From the NCBI GenBank assembly GCA_043228905.1, contig JBHGNT010000016.1, positions 8,742,001 through 8,806,000 on the forward strand: 64,000 nucleotides of DNA. The letters run 5' to 3'. Below the pieces are notes generated by a model. The model was not told where the DNA came from. It ran no database searches and was given only the letters and a program-made list of their open reading frames with translations. Below, piece by piece: positions 25,304 to 34,517 of this stretch. A program made the translations under genes and the position numbers. This stretch comes from Azolla caroliniana (taxonomy: Eukaryota > Plantae > Polypodiophyta). Positions within the stretch are counted from its first letter, which is position 1, and every line of letters starts with the position of its first letter.

Positions 25304-28300
25304 ATGGCCAAAGAGTGGGAAACACAAGAGGCCATACGAAAACAGGCGACGGAATGGGTGAAGGAAGCCAATGAAAGGAACGTCGCGGACACGGAACGGC
25401 AAAAGGCGAATACCATAGGGAGTGCCGGCGGTAGCCACCCAGAAAACGAGACATGGCAAGCACTGCAAGAATATCAGATCACGTTGCCATTAGGAAGACT
25501 CTTGCAGCTCGTGCCGCGATTTACGGAAGGACTAAAAACGGTCATGACAGACGGTATAGCCCCACCGGCACCAGTCCTCTTCTCGAATCCGGAGGAGGGA
25601 CCGACGGTGGTGGACACTAGTAGTCCGGTGATTACAGCTATTGTCAAAGGGCACGAACTTCCCGGCACCGTAATCGATGGAGGTTCCGGGGTGAACGTAA
25701 TAAGCCTCCGCACGTGTGATGCCTTGGGTATACATGAATGGGAGCCATGTCCGTTCTGGCTACGAATGGCGGATACGAGCTCTGTACGGCCAACGGGCTT
25801 AATACGGAAATTGGAAGTCACCATAGGAGGCCACACATTTCACATCTCGGCGGTAGTGCTGCAGCTACAGGCGCAAGGCGCGTACCCACTGTTGCTGGGC
25901 CGACCATGGTTGAAAACAGCACACATCAAGCAAAATTGGCGGAAAAATATGATTACCTTCCGGCGCGGAAAAGCCAAGGTCCGGGTTCCGACACAACCAC
26001 GGACGAGCAACGGTAAGGAATGCACACCGCTATATGCGGAATGCGTGAACATGCTTGAAGGGTTGGCAGACGACGAAGAAGCTCAATACTTGGAGGAACA
26101 CCCAAAGATCGTACCACTCTTCGAGATTGACGTGGCTGAAGCCGTAGCGCCATACTTGCCGCAGCGGGACGAAACCGAAGCCGAACCAGACAAAGATGCG
26201 ATTCGGGAATTACGGCAAGCACAGGAAGCGTTGGAACGGGAAATGGCCATTTCCCAACAGGTAAAAACATCCCAGCTCGACGAAGTGAACCTAGGAAGCA
26301 AGGACGAGTCAAAGCCGGTACACATCGCCAAAGAAATGAAGCCGGAAGAGAAAGCGGCGATGATCAAACTTCTCACGGAGTTTCGCGACGTATTCGCCTG
26401 GTCGTACGAGGACATGCGAGGGCTAGACCCTCAATTATATCAGCATCAGATCCACTTAGGCAAGGACGCGAAACCAGTGGCGCAACGACGTTACCGAATG
26501 AACCCCAACTACGCCGCCAAAGTAAAGGAGGAAATCGACAAACTCCTAAGAGTGGGCTTCATCCGGCCGGTAAAGAAAGCGACGTGGCTGAGCCCCATCG
26601 TCGTCGTCCCAAAGAAGAACGGTAAAATCCGCGTGTGTGTAGATTACAGGAAATTAAATGCAGCCACGGTTACGGATGCATTCCCTCTTCCGTTCACGGA
26701 TGGAGTACTGGATGCCGTCGCCGGCCATGAAGTTTATAGCTTTCTAGACGGGTTCAGCGGTTACAATCAAATCCGGATGCACCCGGACGACCAGGAGAAG
26801 ACAGCGTTCGTCACCGAATGGGGGGTGTTTGTGGCCGAAGTCATGATGTTCGGCCTAAAAACGGCACCAGCAACGTTCCAGCGAATCATCATGGAGATCT
26901 TCGGCGAATATATTCCTGCCTTCATGCAAGTTTTCCTGGATGATTTTGCAGTCTATAGCCGGGGAAAAGACCATTTGCAGCACCTACGGTTATGCCTTGA
27001 AAAGTGTAGGTTATACCGGCTAAGCTTAAACCCAACAAAATGCATCTTTGGAGTTTCAAGTGGAATATTGCTGGGACACATTGTAAGTAAGGAGGGCATT
27101 GCGGTCGACCCGGACAAAGTAAACGCGATACTAGGGGCACCGGCGCCGAAAACGGCCAAAGCACTAAGCCGATTCTTAGGACAGATCCGGTGGCACAGCC
27201 GGATGCTCCGTCACTTGGCTGACTTGGCTACACCATTACACACCGCGGTACATCGGACACCGTTCCAATGGACGGATACGGAGGATAAGGCATACAATGC
27301 CCTAAAGGTACTTTTGTCGCAAGCACCCGTCGTGCAGCCTCCGGATTGGAGCAAGGAATTTCATGTGTTCGTTGACGCTTCCGACATCGCTATCGGCAGC
27401 GCCTTAATGCAACTTACGGAGCCCAAATGGTACCGGCCGGTATATTACGCCAGCCGGAAGTTGTCCCAAGCGGAGAAGAACTATTCGACGACGGAACGGG
27501 AGGCCCTGGGCATGATCTACAGTGTCACGAAGTTTCGTCATTACCTGTTGGGAAGGAAGTTCTCCTTTCATGTGGATCACTTGGCGCTCCTGTACTTAGT
27601 GTCCAAGGCGTCCCTGACCGGTAAGTTGGCCCGTTGGACCTTGCTGTTGCAGGAGTTCGAATTCGAGATATTCCACCGGCCCGGTATCCAGCATGCCGTA
27701 GCAGACTATCTGAGCCGGTTAGAGTCCGGAGAAGCAAGCGACGGAGTAGCGGATGAATTCCCGGACGCAGAGTTATTCCGTATCACCCCGGAAACGGCAG
27801 CGGACGACACCGTGGCATCAGAAGATAGGTGGCTGACAAACATGCACCAGTTCCTAAGCACGGGCATGCCACCGGAGGAAATGAACCGGGACGAGAGGAA
27901 ACGACTGGCGGTGCAGAGCCGCAATTTCTGTCTGTTACGGGACACTCTCTACCACAAAGGAGCAGATGGAATATGGAGACGGGCAGTCCGTAGTGACGAG
28001 AAAGAAGTAATCTTACGGGAAGCGCACTGTGGGATTGCCGGAGGACACTATGCCGGGGAAGCGACCACAAGGAAAGTATGGCAGAGCGGCTTATGGTGGC
28101 CCACGACGTTAAAAGACGCCGTCAAGTATGCTAAGGAATGCGACCTATGCCAACGAATGGGCCAGCCTACGGAGCAAGCACGGATGCCACACCAACCGGT
28201 ACTTCCACTAGAGCCATTCCAGAAGTGGGGGTTGGATTTTGTCGGACCGTTCAAGCCACCGGCAATGAGAACAGGTAATCGTTATGTCATCGTGGCAACG

Positions 28301-28837
28301 GATTATTGCACTAAATGGGTGGAGGCTAAGGCCTTGAGAGACAATACCGCGTCATCCACAACAAAATTCCTGTACGAGAACATTTGGTGCCGATATGGAT
28401 GTCCGATTGAATTAATCAGCGACCAAGGAGGGCACTTCCTCGGCCAGGTAGTGGAAAGCTTAACAACGTTCTATGCCGTGGTTCATAAACGGAGCACACC
28501 GTACTACCCACAAGCGAACGGGTTAGCAGAGTCCACCAACAAAACGCTGCAGAACATTCTCCACAAAATTGTCAATGAAAACCGGACGGACTGGGACACA
28601 AAGCTCCATAGCGCGCTATGGGCCTACAGAACGGCATACAAAACAAGTATTCGGACAACGCCGTTCCGGCTAGCGTTCGGCTTAGAGGCGGTCATGCCGG
28701 TGGAGTTTCAGGTACCAAGCTTACGGATCCAACTACTGGAAGAAAAAGACAACGGGGAACCCGTAGTAGAGGTGAAGGAAGACACGGCAACCCGTAAGGA
28801 AAACGGTAAGGGTCCGAAGGGACCTACGGATGTGTAA
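25304..28837 (+). CDS. pol: Pol polyprotein PR-RT-RH-INT (1177-aa open frame; integrase C-terminal GPY/F region deleted)
   Basis: VIDGGSGVN, CVDYRKLN, FLDGFSGYNQI, FLDDFAVY, VDASDIAIG, H-GHY-C-C, WGLDFVGP, ISDQGGHF, PQANGLAE. No chromodomain and no second RNase H. Confidence 0.95.
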   Translation: MAKEWETQEAIRKQATEWVKEANERNVADTERQKANTIGSAGGSHPENETWQALQEYQITLPLGRLLQLVPRFTEGLKTVMTDGIAPPAPVLFSNPEEGPTVVDTSSPVITAIVKGHELPGTVIDGGSGVNVISLRTCDALGIHEWEPCPFWLRMADTSSVRPTGLIRKLEVTIGGHTFHISAVVLQLQAQGAYPLLLGRPWLKTAHIKQNWRKNMITFRRGKAKVRVPTQPRTSNGKECTPLYAECVNMLEGLADDEEAQYLEEHPKIVPLFEIDVAEAVAPYLPQRDETEAEPDKDAIRELRQAQEALEREMAISQQVKTSQLDEVNLGSKDESKPVHIAKEMKPEEKAAMIKLLTEFRDVFAWSYEDMRGLDPQLYQHQIHLGKDAKPVAQRRYRMNPNYAAKVKEEIDKLLRVGFIRPVKKATWLSPIVVVPKKNGKIRVCVDYRKLNAATVTDAFPLPFTDGVLDAVAGHEVYSFLDGFSGYNQIRMHPDDQEKTAFVTEWGVFVAEVMMFGLKTAPATFQRIIMEIFGEYIPAFMQVFLDDFAVYSRGKDHLQHLRLCLEKCRLYRLSLNPTKCIFGVSSGILLGHIVSKEGIAVDPDKVNAILGAPAPKTAKALSRFLGQIRWHSRMLRHLADLATPLHTAVHRTPFQWTDTEDKAYNALKVLLSQAPVVQPPDWSKEFHVFVDASDIAIGSALMQLTEPKWYRPVYYASRKLSQAEKNYSTTEREALGMIYSVTKFRHYLLGRKFSFHVDHLALLYLVSKASLTGKLARWTLLLQEFEFEIFHRPGIQHAVADYLSRLESGEASDGVADEFPDAELFRITPETAADDTVASEDRWLTNMHQFLSTGMPPEEMNRDERKRLAVQSRNFCLLRDTLYHKGADGIWRRAVRSDEKEVILREAHCGIAGGHYAGEATTRKVWQSGLWWPTTLKDAVKYAKECDLCQRMGQPTEQARMPHQPVLPLEPFQKWGLDFVGPFKPPAMRTGNRYVIVATDYCTKWVEAKALRDNTASSTTKFLYENIWCRYGCPIELISDQGGHFLGQVVESLTTFYAVVHKRSTPYYPQANGLAESTNKTLQNILHKIVNENRTDWDTKLHSALWAYRTAYKTSIRTTPFRLAFGLEAVMPVEFQVPSLRIQLLEEKDNGEPVVEVKEDTATRKENGKGPKGPTDV

Positions 28838-29211
28838 GGTCACATAACGTCATTCAAAAGAAAAAAAAAAAAAAAAAAAAGAAATCATTAAAAATCAAGG
28901 TGTGAACGGACGTGAAAGCAAGGAGCGAAAAGGTACGTAGTGGGCATTTAAGAGCCGCCACATTACTTAATACTAAATTGGTACACGACGTGCGCATGCT
29001 CGAAAAAGGCGCCAAGACGCACAGAGAAAAAGAAGAACGCATGGAGACTTTTTTTTTTCGCGAGCCAAGAAGCACAGAAGCACCAAGGCAGTGGAAGCTG
29101 AGCAAACGCGAACCTGCACGCAGAGAACCCCCACGTTCGGAACGCTCTCTCTCTCGCTCTTACTCTCATCACCACTCTACCTCGCCATCTTCCCTCGACC
29201 TCGAAGCGGAC

Positions 29212-31713
29212 ATGGAACCACAAACGCTGTCGGAAGCGGCCAGGAAATGGTTCAGGCAACACGGACTGGAGGAGTTCTTGGCCATCATGGAGGCACCGCC
29301 GCACAGAGAAGCCGACCGGGTCATCAAGGAGCTCGACACGGAAGTCATCACAGAAGAAGCGATCCGTGCGCTAACAGGCCTTCCGGAGGGAGGTATTTTT
29401 CAGATTGATAACCCATCCTCGGAGCAACTCATCCGATATTTCGGTGAGTACTCTGTTGCCGGCAAAGGCTATCGAACGCAGGGCGGCGAAGATCCGCTAT
29501 TCAGGGAGATAGCTCGAGTGCTCCATGAGTACGGCCACGTGTACCCCCGACCCCCTGTCATGCCAAAAAATCGGGCAGGGATGATCATAGCCACCTATGA
29601 AGGGACCAAGGTGGATTGGCCGGTGTTGATTGCAGACGGGTTGTGCGTGGCAATCGACATGGTACGAGGAAAGGACGGCAAGGAGGGCCGGAAGCTGTGG
29701 CATGCCGTAGCTCAGTGGATAACATTGCTCGTGCCGCCGGTCGAGACCGTTCAGCCAAAGAAGCGGCCAAGAGTATCGGAAGGAAGCACCTCGAAGCCGG
29801 CGTCCAAACGACAGCAGCTGCTGGCGTCGAAGGCGACGAAAGGGAAGAAACGGCTCCCAGAACCGGAGGAGGTGTCACCGGTGGGACCCGTTAAGATAAC
29901 CATACGGCGATCGGGACAGAAGGAACCGGAACCCTTGACGGCACAGAAACATGCCGTTACACAGGAAGAGGAAACGGAGGAGCCAGAAGAGCACCTCCAA
30001 CGACGGTCAAGAAGTAGGACCGCCGAGACAGGGGGGGAGCGGTCGTACCCGCGAGAGGCAGAGACGCCCCCAACTCAACCTGAGAAAACCACAAGGGAGG
30101 AACCGGAACCGGTGCGTAGGGAACCGGCCTTGTCGACTTCTATAGAAGAAGTCATTCCAACGGTTCCGGAGACGGCGAGAACCGGAACTCAACAGCCGGC
30201 GAGCCTAGCCAGCACACACGGCGGCCAAGGAGTAGGAGCGGTACAGCAACAAGGCACCAGTAGCATGTGGCTACGGTGGGTAGGTGAGCAGATCGCCGGA
30301 GCGGTCGAGTACATAGAGGCGGAGGAGAGAGCGCACAACGAACGGTTGCTCGTCACAACCGTAGATCTTGAGACGGCCCGGTCCAGAATCCGGAGCCTTG
30401 AGCAAGAATTGGACAGGGTCACAAGGGAAATGGCTCAATTGGCTTTGAAAACACAAGTCCAAGCACCGGTGACTCCGGGCAATGTACAGAATAAGACGTC
30501 AGATCAACCTGTACATAGCAACCAGACCCCGGCAACGGAAACCGTTCCGGAGAGAAATGCGGCACAAGCCCAAGAGCTGGCGGATTTAAAGGATGAGCTA
30601 GCTGTCCAAGAAGCGCTGAGGAGCCGCGAAAGAGAATTGAAGACGGCAGCGGAGGCAGAACTCAAAAAGACTGCAGAGAATCTACGCCGGCCCGAGGAGA
30701 GCTTACAGAAAGGGCACCAAGCGTACGACCGGCTCAAGGAGGAAAAGGAGAAAATGCTGCAAGAGAAGGACAGGCTCCGGAGGAACGCCGAAACAGAAGT
30801 AGAGTGCCTGAAAGAGGAACTCCGGCAGGTAAAGGACCGGGAGGACCGGAACCATCGCCAGATCAACGGCAAGCTCAAACAAAAAACGGAGGAATTTGAG
30901 CAATTGCACCGGGAGTATAAACGGTTGCAAACGGAGCACAAGGAACGGACGGATGAGCTCCGGCAAGCCGTTGATCGGACCGCAACCGCATTCGCCAAGG
31001 AACAAGGGGAAAACAGAAGACGGTTGGAAGAGGCGGAGAAGGTTCGGACAGAGCTCCTCAGGCAACAGCAGGCGGAAAAAGAAAGAGCGGCGGAGGTACT
31101 GCAGAGGCTACAAACGACATATCAAGGGCAGCTGACGCGCTACAGAGAGCAGGCGGAGGATACGGCAAATCTCATCAAGCAGTTGAAGGAGGAGCGACAA
31201 GTGGTGGAAAGCAGAGCGCAAATGGGAGCAAGTCGCATCCAGGATATAATGCGGGCCTGGTTGAACCAGACCAAGAGCTTGATTGACAACGGTTCCGTCA
31301 AATGGTGGACCAAGTGGGCCACGAACGCGGCGGAACTCCAATTGCTCCGGGCCGACGTAGAGAACCGGCGGAAGGAGGGAGATGATTGCTATATGCTGAC
31401 TTCCGAAGACTTCACCGGCATAAGAGATGAGCTTGCCGAAGACTTTCAAGCCTTGGCAGATGACCAACTAGGGCAGGTCCGGCAACTTGTAGCTCAGCTG
31501 GACGACGACAGGCTGGAGGCGCAGATCCAGTTTGAAAGCTACGAGAGGTCCCGGATCCGGGGAGAGAAAGAACGAGAACCGGTTACGGTCAACCTCAGTG
31601 ATGAGGAACCGTTACTGGAAGGAGACCGGACCGGAAGCAGTCAAACGGAGATGCCGGAGTCAGAGAGACAAACGGAGCAGCCGGAGTCAGCGAAACAAAT
31701 GGAGCAGCAGTAG
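29212..31713 (+). CDS. Extra ORF downstream of pol, about 833 aa: N-terminal globular domain, Pro/Glu/Thr linker, long coiled coil, conserved Trp-containing C-terminal domain
   Basis: The open frame is 28912-31713. The ATG at 29212 is positionally conserved in D, E and F. Homologous pieces occur in C, D, E, F and G. Confidence 0.8.
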   Translation: MEPQTLSEAARKWFRQHGLEEFLAIMEAPPHREADRVIKELDTEVITEEAIRALTGLPEGGIFQIDNPSSEQLIRYFGEYSVAGKGYRTQGGEDPLFREIARVLHEYGHVYPRPPVMPKNRAGMIIATYEGTKVDWPVLIADGLCVAIDMVRGKDGKEGRKLWHAVAQWITLLVPPVETVQPKKRPRVSEGSTSKPASKRQQLLASKATKGKKRLPEPEEVSPVGPVKITIRRSGQKEPEPLTAQKHAVTQEEETEEPEEHLQRRSRSRTAETGGERSYPREAETPPTQPEKTTREEPEPVRREPALSTSIEEVIPTVPETARTGTQQPASLASTHGGQGVGAVQQQGTSSMWLRWVGEQIAGAVEYIEAEERAHNERLLVTTVDLETARSRIRSLEQELDRVTREMAQLALKTQVQAPVTPGNVQNKTSDQPVHSNQTPATETVPERNAAQAQELADLKDELAVQEALRSRERELKTAAEAELKKTAENLRRPEESLQKGHQAYDRLKEEKEKMLQEKDRLRRNAETEVECLKEELRQVKDREDRNHRQINGKLKQKTEEFEQLHREYKRLQTEHKERTDELRQAVDRTATAFAKEQGENRRRLEEAEKVRTELLRQQQAEKERAAEVLQRLQTTYQGQLTRYREQAEDTANLIKQLKEERQVVESRAQMGASRIQDIMRAWLNQTKSLIDNGSVKWWTKWATNAAELQLLRADVENRRKEGDDCYMLTSEDFTGIRDELAEDFQALADDQLGQVRQLVAQLDDDRLEAQIQFESYERSRIRGEKEREPVTVNLSDEEPLLEGDRTGSSQTEMPESERQTEQPESAKQMEQQ

Positions 31714-31863
31714 CAAGCAGAGCAGCCGGAGCAACCTCAGTCCCAACCGCAACCACAGCAGCAGCAGCAAGCACAGCCGCAAGAACCACAACCGGAAGAA
31801 CAAGTGGAAATTCTTGAACAAAGTATTTTGGACAATTTGGGTGAACAATGAAGGGGCCGAGAA

Positions 31864-31901
31864 GGGTTCGACGTACAAGGTACTGTCCCACGGGCGTGCC
31901 A
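31864..31901 (+). promoter_or_regulatory. tRNA-Arg(UCU)-3'-half motif at the PPT position of element B
   Basis: Identical to 16091-16128, 2 nt before the LTR. Confidence 0.8.
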
Positions 31902-31903
31902 TG

Positions 31904-32322
31904 TGTTACCGGCCGGCAAGGAGTCCAAAATACGGAGTGAAGGAATTAATTATATATGGTTGTAAATGAGGATAGTGTGGACGGACGGACTGGAAACGGT
32001 ATGCCGTTCCAGATCCGGACGGATCCCGAATAGGTGCGAGAGGCATCGTTTTGTACTACGGGCCGGAAACCTATTTAAAGGCCCGGACCCCATTGTAATG
32101 GCAGCGGATAATTAATAGAGCTTATGATGTTTATACTTCTGTCTTGATTTCCGTTCTGTAATTACTGTTATATCTTACGCGTGTAATTAACTAAAGCACT
32201 CTAATCGTGTAACCTATGGAAGTCGTTGTAATCGTTGAATCTTAATCCTATGCCGTAATCACCCTTTGGTGAAGTGTCTCCGGGACACCTTGTGTTAGGC
32301 CTTGTCCGGTCAACGAATAACA
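31904..32322 (+). repeat. 3' LTR of element B
   Basis: 419 bp, TGTTA...TAACA. It shares diagnostic bases with 23002-23417 rather than with 20770-21188. Confidence 0.93.
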
Positions 32323-33025
32323 CGGAAGACAACGTCAAAATCATCAAGCAACTGAAGGAGGAACGGCAAGCAGCGGAAACCAAATCTCAATTGGGAACGG
32401 GTCGGATTCAGTCCATCCTTCGGGCATGGCTGAATCAGACAAAACACTTGATTGATGAAAGCTCTGTAAGATGGTGGACAAAGTGGGCACAAAACGCGGC
32501 GGAACTCCAATTGCTACGGGCAGACGTGGCAAACCGGCGGAAGGAAGGAGATGATTGTTATACGTTGACTTCCGAGGACTTCACCGTCATACGGGACGAG
32601 CTGGCCAACGACTTCCAAGTCCTGGCGGATGAACAGCTGGCGCAGGTTAGGCAACTTGTAGCTCAGCTAGACGATGATAGGCTGGACGCTCAAATCCAAT
32701 TTGAAAGCTACGAGGGGTCCCGGGTTCGGGAAGAAAAAGCACGGGAAGCGGCAACGGTTAACCTTAGTGATGAGGAACCGTCGCCGGCCGAGGGCAGCCC
32801 GGAACCAGTCAACCGGAGACCAATACGACGGAGGAAGCAACGACGGAGACGTCGGTGTCAGAGCAACAAACGGAGAAGCAGTCGTAGCAGCCACCAACGG
32901 ACCCGTCGCAGCAGACATCAACAAAGTAGCAACAACATCAGCAGCAACAACAACAACAACCAATTCCAGATGAACCATTGGAGACTCTCGAACAAAGCAT
33001 TCTGGATATTTTGGACGAAGAATAG
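32323..33025 (+). pseudogene. Gypsy C extra ORF, 3' remnant
   Basis: WWTKWAQNAAELQLLRADVANRRKEG...TVNLSDEEP, followed by the C-type 3' LTR. Confidence 0.85.
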
Positions 33026-33035
33026 CAAGGGTTGG

Positions 33036-33077
33036 TTGTGGATTCGACGTACAAGGTACTGTCCCACGGGCGTGCCA
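33036..33077 (+). promoter_or_regulatory. tRNA-Arg(UCU)-3'-half motif at the PPT position of element C
   Basis: TTGTGGATTCGA-CGTACAAGGTACT-GTCCCACGGGCGTGCCA-TG-LTR. Confidence 0.8.
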
Positions 33078-33079
33078 TG

Positions 33080-33512
33080 TGTTACCGGCCGGCAAAGGAG
33101 TCCAGAGTGTGAAACGGGGAGTTATTTAATTAGTAGGAATGGTTGTAAGCAAGCTATGAGTGTGGACGGACGGACCGGAATTGGTATGCCGTTCCGGATC
33201 CGAACCGATCCCGAACAAGTGCGGATGGCACCGTTTTGTAATACAGACCGAAAACCTATTTAAAGGCCCGGATACAATGTAATGAATAGCGGTTGATTAA
33301 TAAAGCTTAGTGTTGTTATCTCTCTGTGTTAATTGCCGTTCTGCATTCATTGTTATATCTTACGCGTGTGATTATTAAAGACGATCATGCTAAGTAACCT
33401 AATTAAGTCGGATTAATCGTTGAGTCTAATCCTGTTGCCGTAACACCCGTTTGGTGAAGTGTCTTCCGTAGACACCCTGTGTTAGGCCATTGTCCGGCCC
33501 TAAGAGTTAACA
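33080..33512 (+). repeat. 3' LTR of element C
   Basis: Matches 18530-18962. Confidence 0.93.
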
Positions 33513-33781
33513 GCCAACCTTAGCGATGAGGAGCCATCGCCGGGGCAAGGACCGGACGGAAACAAGGCCGGGGCGAGTCAAATCCGGCAGAGCAGCTGAC
33601 GAAGGAATCACCGCCACAACCGCCATCCAAGGAGCAACAATCGGAGGATTCGGAGCTAGAGAAACAGCAGCCACAACCACAGCAGCAACAACAGATTCCC
33701 GAAGAACCATTGGATACCCTGGAGCAGAGTATTCTGGATATCTTGGATGAAGGCTAAGGGCTAGATAGTGGGATTCGACGT

Positions 33782-34206
33782 CAGCCGGCAAAGGAGTTAA
33801 AGAACAGAATGTGAAAGGGATTGTTTATTCGGAATCTATTATAATTAAGTAGTTAATGAGACGTGAACGGATGGACCGGAATCGGTATGCCGATCCGGAT
33901 CCGGACCGGTTCTAAACAGGTGCTGGTTGGCACCGTTTTGTACTCAGCCCTGGTGACCTATATTAAGGCCCGGTTACAATGTAAAACTTTGACGGATAAT
34001 TAATAGAGCTTCTTGTTTTATCTTTAAGTATTTATTACTGTTCTGTGCTAATTGTTCTATCATACGCATGTATCAAGTCTAATGACATATTACTAAGTAA
34101 CCAATTAGAGTCTGATTAATCATTGAGTCTTAAGTTATCTCGCTGTAGCACCCCTTTGGTGAAGTGTCTTCCGTGTTAGGCCATTGTCCGGCCCTAAGGA
34201 ATAACA
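33782..34206 (+). repeat. 3' LTR of element D (first bases and most of the tRNA motif deleted)
   Basis: Shares LTR blocks (GGACCGGAATCGGTATGCCG, GGCACCGTTTTGTA, CCCTTTGGTGAAGTGTCTT) and ends AATAACA. It is preceded by the remnant GTGGGATTCGACGT. Confidence 0.85.
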
Positions 34207-34517
34207 CAACATAAACTCCATTCAAAATAATAACACTCTGTGTACATACAGTGTGCTAAGTGAGTACTTTCATACAAGTCCTTACACGGATTGACAAAAG
34301 TATTGACAAGTACTTCAATGCTCATACAAGCGCCTGACAATGGCTCCCAAAAATATGCCTACGCACTAGGTTAGATTCGTAGGCCTGTAACGGCCTACCG
34401 GGTACAATCCGATCCGGCTCCTGGTTTCGGACACCGATCCGGTTCTCCGTTCCGGATACCGATCCAGCTTTGGCTTATTCAGCCGATCCGGATCCAATTG
34501 AGCTTGTTCGCTCAACA
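34207..34517 (-). repeat. Copia-type LTR fragment (5' part), interrupted by element D
   Basis: The minus strand begins TGTTGAGCGAACAAGCTCAATTGG, resembling the start of the Copia LTR at 45554 (TGTTGAGAAGCAAGCTCAATATGG). Confidence 0.55.

Larger units (their letters stand above)
23002..32322 (+). mobile_element. Ty3/Gypsy element B, near full length (same family as A)
   Basis: LTRs at 23002-23417 (first 3 nt lost) and 31904-32322. PBS at 23424-23436, gag with stops, and long pol and extra ORFs. Confidence 0.92.
18530..33512 (+). mobile_element. Ty3/Gypsy element C, internally deleted, host of A and B; TSD GTCAA/GCCAA
   Basis: 433-bp LTRs at 18530-18962 and 33080-33512. The flanks rejoin to give ATVN-LSDEE of the D extra ORF. 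Confidence 0.9.
1331..34206 (+). mobile_element. Ty3/Gypsy element D (non-chromovirus; host of the nest), 5' LTR and most of gag deleted
   Basis: gag C-terminal knuckle (YCYYCRQEGHYSNQC, about 1460-1510) and PR-RT-RH-INT to 5592. The extra ORF is split by insertions (5995-6594, 16572-18529, 33518-33750). The 3' LTR ends TAACA at 34206. Confidence 0.85.

Noticed and set aside
28912-31713. Retroviral env gene
   Set aside because: No signal peptide, fusion peptide or hydrophobic transmembrane anchor is visible; the protein is highly charged.
20770-32322. Tandem LTR array produced by read-through retrotransposition
   Set aside because: The middle LTR is truncated at a microhomology and matches LTR3 rather than LTR1. 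A deletion between two insertions explains all junctions.
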